A stretch of 64,000 nucleotides of DNA from Lepidodermella squamata (taxonomy: Eukaryota; Animalia; Gastrotricha). Both the position numbers and the translations under genes were made by a program. Shown in pieces: positions 35,491 through 49,100 of this stretch (its first letter is position 1; each line of letters begins with the position of its first letter). The stretch is from the NCBI GenBank assembly GCA_047495785.1, contig JBLDXI010000019.1, forward strand, positions 930,001-994,000, in the 5' to 3' direction. The notes under the pieces were generated by a model. It was not told the origin of the DNA. It was given only the letters and a program-made list of their open reading frames with translations, and made no database searches.

Positions 35491-38326
35491 TTATTTCTTG
35501 ATCGGATCAGTTTCTGCCGAGCCGGCGCTTGGCCAATAAATGAAACCGTAGCGCTGATATAACGCCAATGCATAGGGGAGAAAAAAATGAGAGGATGCAG
35601 ACGATTCTTCCACGTAATGAAATTTCAGGTCGGGCATCTAGAAAAAAGAAAAAACCTTAAATACTTACAGGAATTTTCAACTACAACGTTACCTTGCGAA
35701 GCCGAGTTACAGGAAAGTGGGAACCAGCAATTTTCACGGCCTTTAACACTTCACTAACGCTAGTTAGGGCGAATCCTTTTTCAGCCGAGTTATTGCCGCT
35801 AGAAGTTGGCGAGGGTGATGAATCGTGATCCATGTAGTTCGTGAAAAATTCCATCGTGAATTGAATGTTGAGGAGTAAGTCTTGGAAATTTGGCACCGAT
35901 CGGAAAGCCGACACTATCGTGTCTTGTTCTCGAAGCAGCGAAACCACGAGATGCGCATTTGCCGCCGGGCCTTTTCCGCGAGCTGATAGAGCAGCATTAG
36001 CGGCTTCAAGCAATAACCGGGCAGTGTCGTCCGTAGCCGATAGCGCAGCTTCCGTTTCTTCAATCGATGGGTTGCCTTTCGGGGTGGCTGAACGCAGGAT
36101 TGAACATAAGCGAACACGGCGACGAGCTAGAGCAACTAAAAGATCGACTAAGCGACTAGCAACAGCGGTATGCATATCGGTACAGTGTGCACAGAGATTA
36201 GCGAGGGCGGCGAGGCAGGAAGTGTGCAGGTAATGATCCCGCCCGACCAGAAGATTGCGGCGAATAGCACGTAAAAGCACCAAAAGTGACAAGCTAGCTA
36301 ACGTCGGGTGGTTGCCCAACGTCGAGGCATCACCGTGCTCCGCGTAAAATGAAAACAGTGACTTCGAACTCAGACTAAGATCGTTCGCAAATCGGCAAAA
36401 TGCATCGTCTTCTGTGAAAATCAGCAAGCAAATCAGGGCTAAATATGCGTGATCTCGCTGCCAGGACGAAGTAGGACCGTGAGGTTGTTCTTTTCCAATA
36501 GCGAGTGACGAATTGCTATCAGCAACAGCCGGGGTTCCACTTTCGTTGTTGAACGAAGTATACGCGTATAGTATCCGCAACAATGGCACTACAAGACGGT
36601 CCATGTCACTACGAGACAACGCGCAAGCTTTGAAAGAAGAATTTCTGTGCAGGAGAAGGTAGAGGAAAACTAGCGAAGGTCTTTTACGAAGGCCGAGGCC
36701 TTCAGACAAGCTATTACTCAGCGCGATACAAATATTGGAGACGGGTAGGCGGAATGGTGGAGAGATTTCAAGAACATCTTTAGCGGAAGTTGATCGATTG
36801 GAAGATACAATGTTGATTTCAGAATCACTGAAAGAAGCAAGAGCGTTTAGAAACGGATTACCGACATCGGCGACAACATTATCGGACGAGTCGAGGTACG
36901 AAAAGTCAGAGCAAGAAAGCAATATACACATCATGAGACTATGATTAGCCAATGCAAATGAGAGATCTTTCTTAGATATTTGATGATTGGACGGGTCACC
37001 ACCGGAAGCATCGTCGTCACTTTCTTCTGTTTTATTGTCAGCCGAGCCGAAAAAATTGCGAAGCCCTATAAAAAAGAGAAATTGAGTCATTTCTAAAACA
37101 ATCACTCCGTTGATTTATACAGTCGAATGAAGCCACCATGAGACTGGTTGGTTTCTCCTCTGCGACGTTCATAGTGTTGTGCATTATCTGTTTCGGAGTT
37201 TCGTAGCGATTAATAACATTGGTGATTAGATATTTTGTCAATTCTTCGGAGTTGAGTCTAAAAGCATCAATAAATTTCCACAAGTTTCCACACTTGGCGA
37301 TATATTATACCTGATAGCAGTTAAGAAAGCTCTCTTCTTCGGCAGACTTGAGGTGCTATCTTCCACAGCAACGTCAATGCCAGCAAACACGTGACAGGAT
37401 AGAAGAACAAAACAGGTCGATAAAACTTCTAAATGCAGTTCCAGAGACACGTCGCTGCAATGAAATAAGCTATTAAAATGTAAACAAGGCTTGCAAATAA
37501 CTACTCACTTCACAGGAACATTGAAAAGCAGTTTAAGTAAACACGCGATGAATTCATCAAATACGCTGATTGATTCGCTTTCGTCGTCTAATTGCACTAC
37601 AATTTTACACGGAAATACCAGCAAAAACTGATAGCATACCTTTGGATGGCTGCTGCTGAGGCAGACATTCAACTTCTAATAGAAGTAGTCCACCAGTTCC
37701 TCCATTTTTTAGGACTGTCATGCACTGTATTACAAGGCGAAGAACCAGGAGAGCGTTTCGAGCTTGCTTGATTAATATGTCTCCGTTGCTAAAAAAAATA
37801 TTGAAAGGTAAATATCAGAACGGATGACTTTTTAATCATAACACTGCACTTTGCAATTGCTTTAAAACTAAACGAGAGTTCAATTATTGAGAAATTAAAG
37901 GTTAGGAAACCGTAAATCATCATGAACTTTCCTAGTTCATAGCTTTATAAGTTCAAAAAAATCGACGAACCCTTGGTCGGCATCTCCAGACTGATAAATC
38001 GCAATGATCTCTTTCGAGTACTGGATGAAAATCGCCATTAGGTTAACAATGTTTCCCGATCTGTAATTCTCGATCATCTGATTCCCATACTTTTGCTCCA
38101 GCACAGTCCACAATGACTTATGTATAGACCTTAAAAAAATATGTAATAATCAGCTAGTTTCATAAATGATCATGACTCACTTCGTAATAAGAGCATCGGC
38201 GTGAAATGACAGAAATTGGTTCCAAAACGGCTCGCCAAGAGGAATGGTTTCTCTGCCGACGAACTCTTGCAGCAAAGAATTAGTCTCTACTTGTCGACGA
38301 TTAAGAATCGAACAGGAGTGCCCCAT
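35491..38326 (-). CDS. DYM: Dymeclin, multi-exon
   Basis: N-terminus MGHSCS..EPFWNQFLSF; LYLLLHRN, DHYLHTSCLAALAN and FQDLLLNI motifs; last exon PDLKFHYVEE..FFLPY with stop at 35491. Confidence 0.93.
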
Positions 38327-41300
38327 GTTAAACTTGACTCGAATATTCCTAAGAGCGAAAAAATATATTTAAAATCCCTTCTGTGGATACCGGCAACCAA
38401 CGGTTCGAAAGAAAACAGTGAAAGAAGCTGAAAGCTGAATAAGTACCCCCTGAAATCGAGATAACATCCGTCTGAAATTGGAGCATACCACAATTATGTT
38501 CGCAGTTGAGAGCTACTGATGCGAAAAACCACGTCAAGTGGAAGGATCACTTCAGCAACTGATTCAACGGTGAGTTTACTTTCAATGAGCCCCTTTTCAG
38601 TGAGAGCATACTTACTCTAAATAGAGAATAGAGAATAGTAGAAAATTGACTTCCAATGATAAAAGTATAAGTAATTGAGTTTACTGGCTGCTGATTGCTG
38701 AAGCAAATTGAATCAATTGGCGGAGAATAAGCCCTGGCGTCGAAGCCAATTTGTCAATCCTTAGGATTTTAACATGTTATCTGTTATTTAGATACTGTTG
38801 TGCCTTACACGTTGATGATGAATGTTCTACCTTAAGGAAAACACTATTGGTAAAAAGTTGTAAAGCTGTGGATCTGACATCTCAGAGTTTCATCTTTCAG
38901 CGTATACCTATGCTTACAAACAGAGCAGTCGCAAGTAGACGCCACAAACCACTTGTTTCGCTTTTCGTTCTGACTTTCGTTAATGCAGACAACTCAATCG
39001 CTAACCCAAAAATTAGTCATTTTGGCTCAACATCCAAAAATGGTAAGGACCCCCTTGTACTCGTATTATCCAGTATGCCACACATCGTGTTTAGGAGGAG
39101 AGAAGAATACGGCCGCAGTGCAACTGCTAATCCACAATCTACGCATTGGATAAGTAGAGGTACTCCCAGAACGCGCGCGGCCCATAAACACTAAAATCTC
39201 ACTACAAAATTTTGGCCGCCATATAGGATGTGAAGGCTGATCAATGAAAATATACGTAGGTTATCTGCTGCTAAAACTAATTTTCAAGCATTTTTTGAAA
39301 ACCCTACACGCAAAATTGTTATTTGTTGACCGCAGTTAAAAGCGGGCAGCTGTGTTTTGCAAGTGCCTTTTCAACCGTGGCCAAGTCATCTTTTCAACAG
39401 CAGCTCACTTTTCTGGCTTGCTGGGCTACTGTACGTCGACCAGGGATGCGTCCTGCCCAGTGTTTTCACTCGGCTTTTTATCTGGATTGCTGCACTTGAT
39501 GATTTTCTTTGGTGCAGCTGCGAGGTTCGAAATTCGAAATCTACGCCATTCTCGGTTCTCAGCGTTCGTGTTGGCGTACCTGTGATAAAAAGATACCATA
39601 TCCTTCGTCACTGGTTTACACTCTGTTTACACTCTGTTTCTCATTAAAACCGTTGAGAAAATAAGGGGTATATGTGTCGTTTCGGCGTACACTTATGAGA
39701 CCTTGCGAGGATTAAGTTTAGCCATTTTGGTTAGAAAATCGCTGTCGTACGTTTTATTTTCTTACGCCGCTGCGCTGCGCTTGCAGCGTGGCGTAATGGG
39801 CAGGTCCCATTGTCTTGCGTTGTCCTGCGGAAAAAAGGAGTTTTATGTTTTATATAGAAAAGGTCTATTAAGAGCCAGCGGCTAGAAAAGCCAGCGGCCA
39901 GCTTGAAATATCAGATCTCCCATTCAAAAAAGTCAAGAATTCGAGTAGAGCAGCGGTCAGATGTTCGTGGCATTGAGTAAGTCACCCAGCCCTAGCTAGA
40001 CGATCAAAGCATGCAGTCAGCGTGACGATGCGTTTTCAATGTGTTCACTGCATGACACCAGCGAATATCGGCGCGTTCGATCAGCTGTTCCCACAACTCA
40101 GTTTTACAAGCTCCCGCAAGCTCTCATCGGAATTATTCATTCAGTTTTATTGTGCTCAGTTGCGTATCTCAATTTGTCTCTAGAGGTATGATTTATCTGC
40201 GCCGTCAAGCTAAAATATCTTAGTTTTGGTGCAGACCACGTTGATGCCATGCTGAATTGAATTGATAACTTCGAACTCGCACGGGCGCTGACATTTACGT
40301 AACCGCAGTGGCCATCTGTAATAATCGAATCAAAACTTTAACTCTAACTGTGAGTTAGCGAGTGCATTTGTTCTTCGTTTTAAAGAAGTTATACCAGTGA
40401 GTCAAAGCCAACACTCATTTAGCAAACGAGCAACTTGAGAGCATAGAGAACAAAACTTATGTCTCTCTGTGCTTTTTATGGTGCCTTTCTGTGGTTGAGC
40501 TCAAATGCTCAGGTAAGGATCGTTCAACGCGGATAATGATGGATGATAAGCATATACACTTCTGGGCTTATTGACGATTCTGAACTCCGAATTTCTCTCG
40601 GCTCTATCACTCTTCTAACGAAAAATATGCAAACTCAAAATCCAAATTGGAAGCACAATTGCGTTCGATATATTAATCTCCAAGGAATTCAGCCGGTAAA
40701 TTTCTGAGAAGATCTAGAAGTTCAAGATTATTCAAGAGGAATAACATTAACACAAACTAATTGGATTGTGGCTGATGGCTGATGTCAATATTATTCCATT
40801 TGCGAAGACCTCTCAGGGTAGCTTCATCTCTCAGCATTATGCTTCTGCTCTCTCTAGATGCGTAAAGGTTAGATCTCGGAATGCGTACCCTTAGAGGAAT
40901 TAGCTCTCTCATATAAAAGCGTTCTTCTGATAATAGTTTTTCGAATACAAAACTAAACTATTACTGATGATAAGGTATTGAATAGAGGTTAGCTATGTCG
41001 TAGAGAAGCTTTCTTCCGATATTACTTGCTCTTTATTAGATACGAAACTCACATGTCATTGATCACTGATCACTGATCAGTTATTAAAGATAACACAGCG
41101 TGATTATCATTGATAAAAGAGTAAATAATTCTGTAAGTAAGTCTAGAATGACTCCGGAGATTCCTCAAGGAGCAGCAATCCTGTAATAATAATAAAACGT
41201 GAGTTGACATGAGTTCAGCGAAACCTTAATTGTGTGCTCGGGGCATTAGGGTATGTTTTCTATAAATCAGATGATCTGAAACCTATAATTCATGTGTTCG

Positions 41301-43185
41301 GAGTTCGGATGTTGAACAAAAATAAACAATGTAACCAATGTTGAACATTGTTCTCAACAACGGCAACCGTGCTTTTGACCTAGAAAAAGTGTGGGTGTTG
41401 AGAGTGTGTCATCTGCGAATCATACGCACAAGAGAAGCGGGAATTGTAGTCTGCAATCACATTTCAATGGCATTGCAGGCGTCGTGTGCCAGCAATATTA
41501 TATTTACTCTCAGTTGACCGAATGAAACGATGATCAGTGAAAATCAGAAGTCTTCCACACAGGACATTTGATCGACTACTATCGAACGGTGTGAATAAGT
41601 GTTACAGTGATAAAACACACCTCAGTGACGCGGCGTTCTGCTCTGATCATCGTATGCTGGTGCCTACTAATGTTGAATTGAAGGCGAGGGGGCATTGGAA
41701 AAGTATCGTATGTGAATCAGAAACGCAATCAGAGTCATTTTAGCTATATGCAATCTCATTTGTTAACTGCAATAGGCTTCAGTGATTTTCAGTGAAATAC
41801 TCAGCTGACTAAATCATTGAAAGACTTCCCACCGATGGAGTGATTTTTTGAGCCTACCGTCTCGCCAGTGGCGCAGTTAATACTCCACTGCTTCTCTTCT
41901 CACATTGTAACTGCGAGACGGAGCGAGCAGGGCGAGCGGAGTGGGGTAGAACTCACGCGGCTTTGTAGTTCTACCTCCTTTTGAAACAGAACCCTCCCTC
42001 GAATAAGTTATTCTCGTGTGGCGCAGTTAATACTCCACTCCGCAAGGCTTCCTTAGTTGTCAAACAGGACTGCGCGACAACCGTGTAACAATATGCTGCT
42101 CTCGTCGAAGTTTTCGCCTCTCACTCTACACAAAATCTGTCGATGAGGGTAAACCCAGCACGAGCACTAAGACGTCTCTCCTCTAAATTAGGCGAGACCT
42201 AATTTGCATAAATTTGAATATTCATAGAAATAAAATTGAATAGAATAAGTTTTCAAAAAAGTTTAGAAGAATTGCAAGAGATTAACAAGGAAATCGACGG
42301 AAGTCTGCCGCATTCTTCACGGACAAACTCTCGTCTTCCGACTAACAGCAGTCCCCGGAGGAGTCCGGGGACCTGCCCAAAGAAACATTCAGCTCACTTC
42401 GCTCTTGTGGTAGAAATCACGAACTCTTCGCCGTAACAAATGCGTAGCAAAACGTGAACCTGCCTGCTCAAACAATAAAAAGACACGTAGAATAAAATTT
42501 CCTCCTCTTTTATTGAAAAATTCAATAAAACGGCTGTTTCAAAATTACTACAAGCACGGAATAACATTATCATACACGATAGACACTGTAAATAACAACT
42601 GCAATTCTAATAATAGCTCAACATCATTCAACAATAAATAGCTTCGGTAAATATTCCGTATTTTTCACAAATTTAGTGCGGCCGAATATTCCTTTAGCAG
42701 TGATATAGGTATTTTAAAAATTAATACAAATAATTCAAAAAACTAAAACAACTAATAGCAAGTCACAACCTTGTATTCTTTGCACAGCGTTTAAATTATA
42801 ATATCTGTATAAATTCAGCTTTTCCCAAGAGCGAAAAATGCACAACCGATTCATTTTTTCCAGACTAATTGACTGCGTTCGTTAACAACAACAAAAATGA
42901 TTATCGAGATACCGAGGCTTTCTTTCTTGGAGAAATAAGCCGCACACAGGTGTTTGAGAATGATTTGCGGAAGAAGCACTGACTGACTACATTGAAAAGT
43001 GTATAAAAAATTGAAGCGCAAAATGTAAAAAATCTTGTCACAACCGTAGGTTTCGAAATGGAATCTTCATTCAACAGCTTTAAATGGCAAAGGCAAGTCG
43101 ATGAAAAACTTTCAAATAAAACAACCACCTTAAAATGCATAAATTTCGATTAAGTAGCGGAACTGAGATGAGGTGTACATTGAGT

Positions 43186-46100
43186 TCACATGTAGGTTTC
43201 AAGCGGCCGGGGTTCGTACGATACATCAGACATGGTTGTTGAGTTGACCGTTGAGGCGGACGGCGGCCGGTCGGTGGCTGGTAGAAACCGTGGCAGGGTG
43301 TCTAACGCGACATCTTCCTCATTCCGGTCTATCCTATGCCTCGGTTGAGGGTGCCTCTGCACGACCTGCGATGTCGTATAGTGTTGCTGAGGCGGATAAG
43401 CAGCCGCTGCTGAGCCACTACCCCGCCACGAGTCGAAATCAGGCGCGTATTGCTGACCCGCCCCGCTGCCCCAAGTTCCAGACGGCATGGGCTGGCGACT
43501 CGATGCCATGCCTATTGTACCAGGCCAGTACGACGTCTGCATGTCCGTATTCGTTGACTGCATGGTTTGATGGCCTGGCTTTTGGTTCGAGTCCCAAGTG
43601 AAGAACTCGTCTTCACCGGGCGGCATTCGTTGGTAACTGCCTGGCGTTAGCGACGACGGCCGAACTATGCCGACGGGTCGATTTTGCGACGTCCTAGTCA
43701 TTCGACCCGGGTTGTTCGGATCCATGTCCATTACACTGGTATCCAAAGTGTTCCTCGACGCAGTTTTCGAGCGGAGACTAGCTCGTAGAGAGGCGCGTCT
43801 TTGGAAACGCTGAACTTGGCGCCGGCGAGATTTGGAAAAACAGACAATAAGGAGGATGATTATTGCAATTAGAATCAGCCCGCCTATCACACAGGCGACG
43901 ATGACCGGGGTCCAGGCGTAATCGGCCGGGGTGTATGGGTCTGATTCGCAAATGAATGGTTTCAATTTCTGGCACTCGAGTTCGGTCAAGAAATTCATCT
44001 GCAGAGCAATGCAGCCGCTGGTAACCTCGCGATTTCGCACCCATGTCTGTATTCTTGCGTCATAGTTTACTTGGCGCTGTGATACTAAGGCGTAGAGGAA
44101 CTGAGTTCGATACAACGCATCGGCAAGCCAACCGCGCTCCAATCGGCACAAATCCTGGGCAGTTCGATAGTCTGCAACGCCACCCATGTAACGGTAACAG
44201 CGGCTTTCGTACAACGACCAGCCAGGTAAACAGTGACCCTAAAAATGATTGAAAAAATTAGAATTACTTTTTCCGATCGCGTATAACGTAGCTAAAGCTC
44301 AATGACAAGTTTTGCTGGCTTATTCTTGGGCCTGAAACGACATTCGAAGATTTTACAAATATTTCCTCGAATTCGCGAATTATTTTGCTGAATTTAGAAT
44401 GATTTTATATAAATTTTTAGAAAACTCAACACATTTCAGCACACATTTCAGGGTTTTATGCCTTTTTATCATTTCTATCTTTCTTTCTAATGGTTGAAAG
44501 TGATTTCTCTGCCATTTTCAACCAAGTCAAATAAACACGAATAATGTTTTACTCCACTTATTTCTTATGGATTCAATTTCATAAGAAAAAGTAAATATTT
44601 ACCTGCAGCACGGACGAGTTACTTGTGTAAAAGTCGTCGATAAGAACAGGATACAGCTGCCAGTCTTTCGACCAGTCCCAAACACGGGCTTCCACGAAAT
44701 ATTTCTGCGATTCGCCCCACCAATTGCGACTCGCATCAACCCTCAAAAACGGCTCAATAGTAGTCATGAGCGGCGCGTCCGAGACCAGAGGAGTCGTCGT
44801 GTAATAGTAGGCCGGTTTGAAAGTCGGCACTGTGAACAACGTGTGGTTAGACGTGACAATGTCATACTCATTCTCCCAGTTCATAAAATAGTTATCGTGC
44901 AGCGTATGCCGCGGGCTGTAGCACAAAATTGTCGGACGGTACTCGCGCCACGAATTGTTAACCGGAACTCCGACGGCTGAGTTGTTATAAATATGGTTAT
45001 ACATCAACGAAGTGCCCCGGTCAATCCGCTCCGGCCCAGCCAACTGAATATTATGCGAACCACTGTTGTTATACACAACATTCGATGTGAAATTAACAGT
45101 CGCCCCGGTTAAATTGACATTAGGCAACAACCGCCCGGCCTTATTTTTCGCAATCCAGTTATTAGAGACTTGAACGACCTCTAAATGATGGCCTTCAACA
45201 TGCAGCGACGAGCCGTGCGTGTTTCGAGATATGTAATTATTCGAAATATTAGCCGATTCTAACGGGACACCGCCGCCCAGGGTGAAAACTCGCACCCATA
45301 AACCACCTCGATTTCTCAGAATCAAATTACGGGTGACTGACAACGATTCCGAGTTTTGCAAATCGAATTTAATCGTCGGATCTGAGGTTAAATTGTAAAT
45401 AGCCAGGCCGTTATCGACAAAAGTGCAGTCCTCGAGACGAGCGGCTGGGGTCATATCGCCAACAGCAGCGTAATTGACTGCTCCATCTTGATTCCGCTCG
45501 AATTTCACGCGTTGAATTAGCGACTCGGGTGGTCGGGTTTGACGTTCAGCCGGCATGGAGAATATTTCGGCGATAAAACCGTACTGACCAGCGGCGCCGC
45601 TAGCGTGAATATGCACGCCTAATCTGTCCTGGAAAGGCTGGGTCGCGTACAATTTTCGCCGTTCAATTTCCGTCGCATTCGACCGAATAGCAGCGATTAA
45701 GGTGGTGTTCATGAAAATATCACCGTCATACAACTCGATAACATTTGCGTAGAACGGGTCTTCGTACAAATTCAGCTGCAAGAACCGAATCGCAAGCCGT
45801 TTGTTGCGAACTTGGGCCTTGAAATCTTTCACGCAGTCAGCTGGTGCATACGAATATTTGTAGAAAGCCAAAATCCGCATACCGACCATGACAGTTTTCT
45901 CGACCGTGCAAATATCGATGAGGCCATAGGTTGAATACGGTAGAACGTTATCAACCAGTGGTAGAAAAGCGCTCATTTGGTCAGAGGCAGCGGCGCCCTG
46001 GGCGGCTAAAACTTTGATTCCGTGGCCTAAATTGTCGGTAAAACGCGAGTCTGTGACTACAATACGGCTTTGAGGCGCGACGAGATGAACGGCGTCCCAG

Positions 46101-49100
46101 GCACATTGTTCGATATCGACGTTGTCTAAAATCGGTGCGTGGTAGATCGCTTCAATGGCAGCAGCTCTCTCACCGTGGAGCAACCCAGCGCCACGAATTA
46201 TTGCGTTTTGAATAACGCCAGATCCGCCTAGGCCCAACTCAGGACTAGCGGCTGCGAATCGAATGTTGCCCCAGTAATGAGCGGGTGGGTTCAAATTTCG
46301 CTGGCCACACCGAAGATATATGTAATCTTCCTGTTTCACGCATCGAACCAGGCGGTAATTGTATTGGCGAACACATAGATCTAAATTCTGCTCATCCCCA
46401 GCGCAGTGATAAGCCAACCGCCAATATTCACGATGAAAATGGGTATGGAAGCCGTAGATGATATAATCGTAATGTTTCGTCCGTTTGATTCGCGCGTTGA
46501 CAGAATCAAGGCCTAATTGGCGGCAAATAACGCCGGCAGTTCGTTCCGATAACGCGTAGTCACACATGACTGACCATCGGTTGATAGTGGCGTTCCAGAT
46601 CTCGACAAAGCCCTCAGTTACCACAGTCGAATCGCCGGCAGTCGGGCCGCGGTGTAGTCGAACTTTCGCGATTGGGTACTCGCTTAAGGTGGATCTTTTG
46701 CGGCGCAAAACCACGTCAGGGTAGACGGTTTGAGGCGGTGGGAAATAGGGTCGGAGAGAATCAGCTGCTGGTAGGAACTTGACCGGGGCTAGTGGTGTGC
46801 CAACAACCCGCAACAAGCCCAACACGAGAATTCCGATGTGAGGGCGAAACCTCAATTCAACTCCTTCCCTGATTTCTAAAGTAGCACCAGGCATGACGGT
46901 AATATCGCTATCTACGTCATAGGGGCTGTGGTCGATAGTCAATTGGACTAAACCATACAATTTCCCCCTTAGAGGTTGATCCGCGCGGAAAGTGGGTCGT
47001 TTCGTTGATTCTCGCGATAACGCAGTCGGGCCAATATTCGACGAAGTAACGAGAAAGGGGTTATAAATCGCGGTTGAGAAAGTGTTCCAGTCGTCAAAGT
47101 CCATTATTCGTTTATGAATTGAAACTTGATCAGCGACGCCCCACCAATTGAATCGCGAATCAATGGCGGTTTCAAAAGTTGACGCCCGCAACCCGGCGAC
47201 CAACTCGAAACGCAGCAATGGATTTTGAAATACGTTCCAATTCACGGTCACGTTTTGAACACCCAATATAGCAACTGCGTATGTCCGAGGTACCACCAGA
47301 CCATATCCGTCTTCATCATCGTCCAGAAAACCGCCGACACTCTCCGAAAAGCTTCCACTGATTCGATCTCTTTTCGTTCGACTTGAGGTGGACGATGCAT
47401 TTGGACCAGGGTGGCCAAATCCGATGTAGTTATTGACGTCTCCGGTAACCAAACCAGATTGCGGCTGGACGATCGGGTATTGCTTACGTTTACCACCCGA
47501 TGACTCTTGCCGGTCATTTGGCGTCGGACCAGTTTGCGTTATCGGCCAATTATCGATCAGGTAATTATAGCTGAAATCTGCCCTAGCCGCCTCGGGTTGG
47601 TCGACGTGACTCAGCATGTCGAATTTTATGACGTAATCGCAATGATTTAGCGTTATGTTATTGTTGAAGAAGTCAGTCTGCTTCTCAGTGCCGGAAATTG
47701 AGATCAAACCGCGTCGACATTCGTTTTCAGTTATCACATTATCGACAAAGGATAAATTAGCATGATGACCAGCCAGCGAAATTTCAGCCCATTTATTTCT
47801 GGCAAAAGTTGTCGAGTTGATTTCTATCGAGTGATTTAACATGAAACGGGTCGAATTCCAATCGCCGAGAACGCGAGGCATTTCGATTGAAAAAGTTGGC
47901 CCGCCGCTGTTGTGTTCGAACAGCGAGTCTGAAACCTGCCAAGACCACAGATTTGTGCCAAAAGGTACGCTGTTATGTTCCATAACCACGCCGCCGCCAC
48001 GATTTCGAGTGATATTAGTCGCGAAAATTCGATAGCGAATGTCACCAAGTCGAGCTGGGCGCTCCATAACATCGCGTTCTGGGTAGTAGAATTCGTCGTA
48101 TTTACTGATGGATTGCACGTTAATTCCGGCCTGAGCGTTGTTGGTGATGTCGCAGTTTATCAACTCAACAAGTTCGTAGTGACGTCGGCGAGTGACCTCC
48201 ATTCGATAACCAGTCGGCTGGTTGTAATGCTGAGCCACAATGCCGTAGGTATTGCCTATAAATTGAATCAGTATAATCTTAAATTTGTCAAATATTAAAA
48301 TTCCTCCTTAAAAATTCAGCAATATACAAGAATCTTATTCTTAGCGAAATCAATTCAGCGAATTTCAGCATTTTATCCAATCACTCAACGCCAAACGCCA
48401 AGGTAAACATGAATCGCTCATAAAAACGAAGGGTGTATATTGCCAAGAAATTTAGTCAAATCAGCCGATTCTTATTTCAATGAAAATCGTATACTCACCT
48501 GATATTTGGCCATTTTCAACTCGAATTGTCGCTGGAGGTCTATACCATGGCCAGTACCACTCCTCGATCTTAGCAGGAGGTAGAATAGTGATATCAAGCG
48601 CTTTCACTATGATCGCCAGCCGACCGCTCTGCGTTCGATTTACCCGCCATTCGATCGCCAACACGCCAGAAGACGAGAGAAACGGGAAAAACGTATCATC
48701 GCGTTGAACGTCAAAATGCCTAGTAGCCGGGTAAGTACCGTCATGGACTATCACTTGCTCTTGCAGCTCATTAGGGTTGAAATCGACCACATCAACGTAG
48801 ATGTGCCGCAAATTTGTTTGACGCAGGGTGACAACAAAAACCTGTTGATCATTCGGTTTTTCGTAGGTATTCGGTTTCGAGACCAAAAACAGTAGTTCAT
48901 CATCGGGAACTAGGGCATCGGTAGTGTCTGGTATCACCTTGGCATACGGCCCTTCGAACCAGCTAACGAAATCCCACGCCTCGGAGTCAGTGAATCGTGG
49001 CATGTAGTGCAAACCAGCACCGCCGTTCTCGTTATTACGAAGAACAGGATTTTTCAGCCAAATGTAAGGCGATCGCAACACGACTCCATCGCCCCAAGAA

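Noticed and set aside
38751-39194. 147-aa ORF divergent from dymeclin
   Set aside because: Non-ATG start, no recognisable motif and no supporting splice structure.
41868-42039. CRISPR-like repeat-spacer unit
   Set aside because: Only two copies with a ~128-nt gap, in a eukaryotic context with no cas genes.
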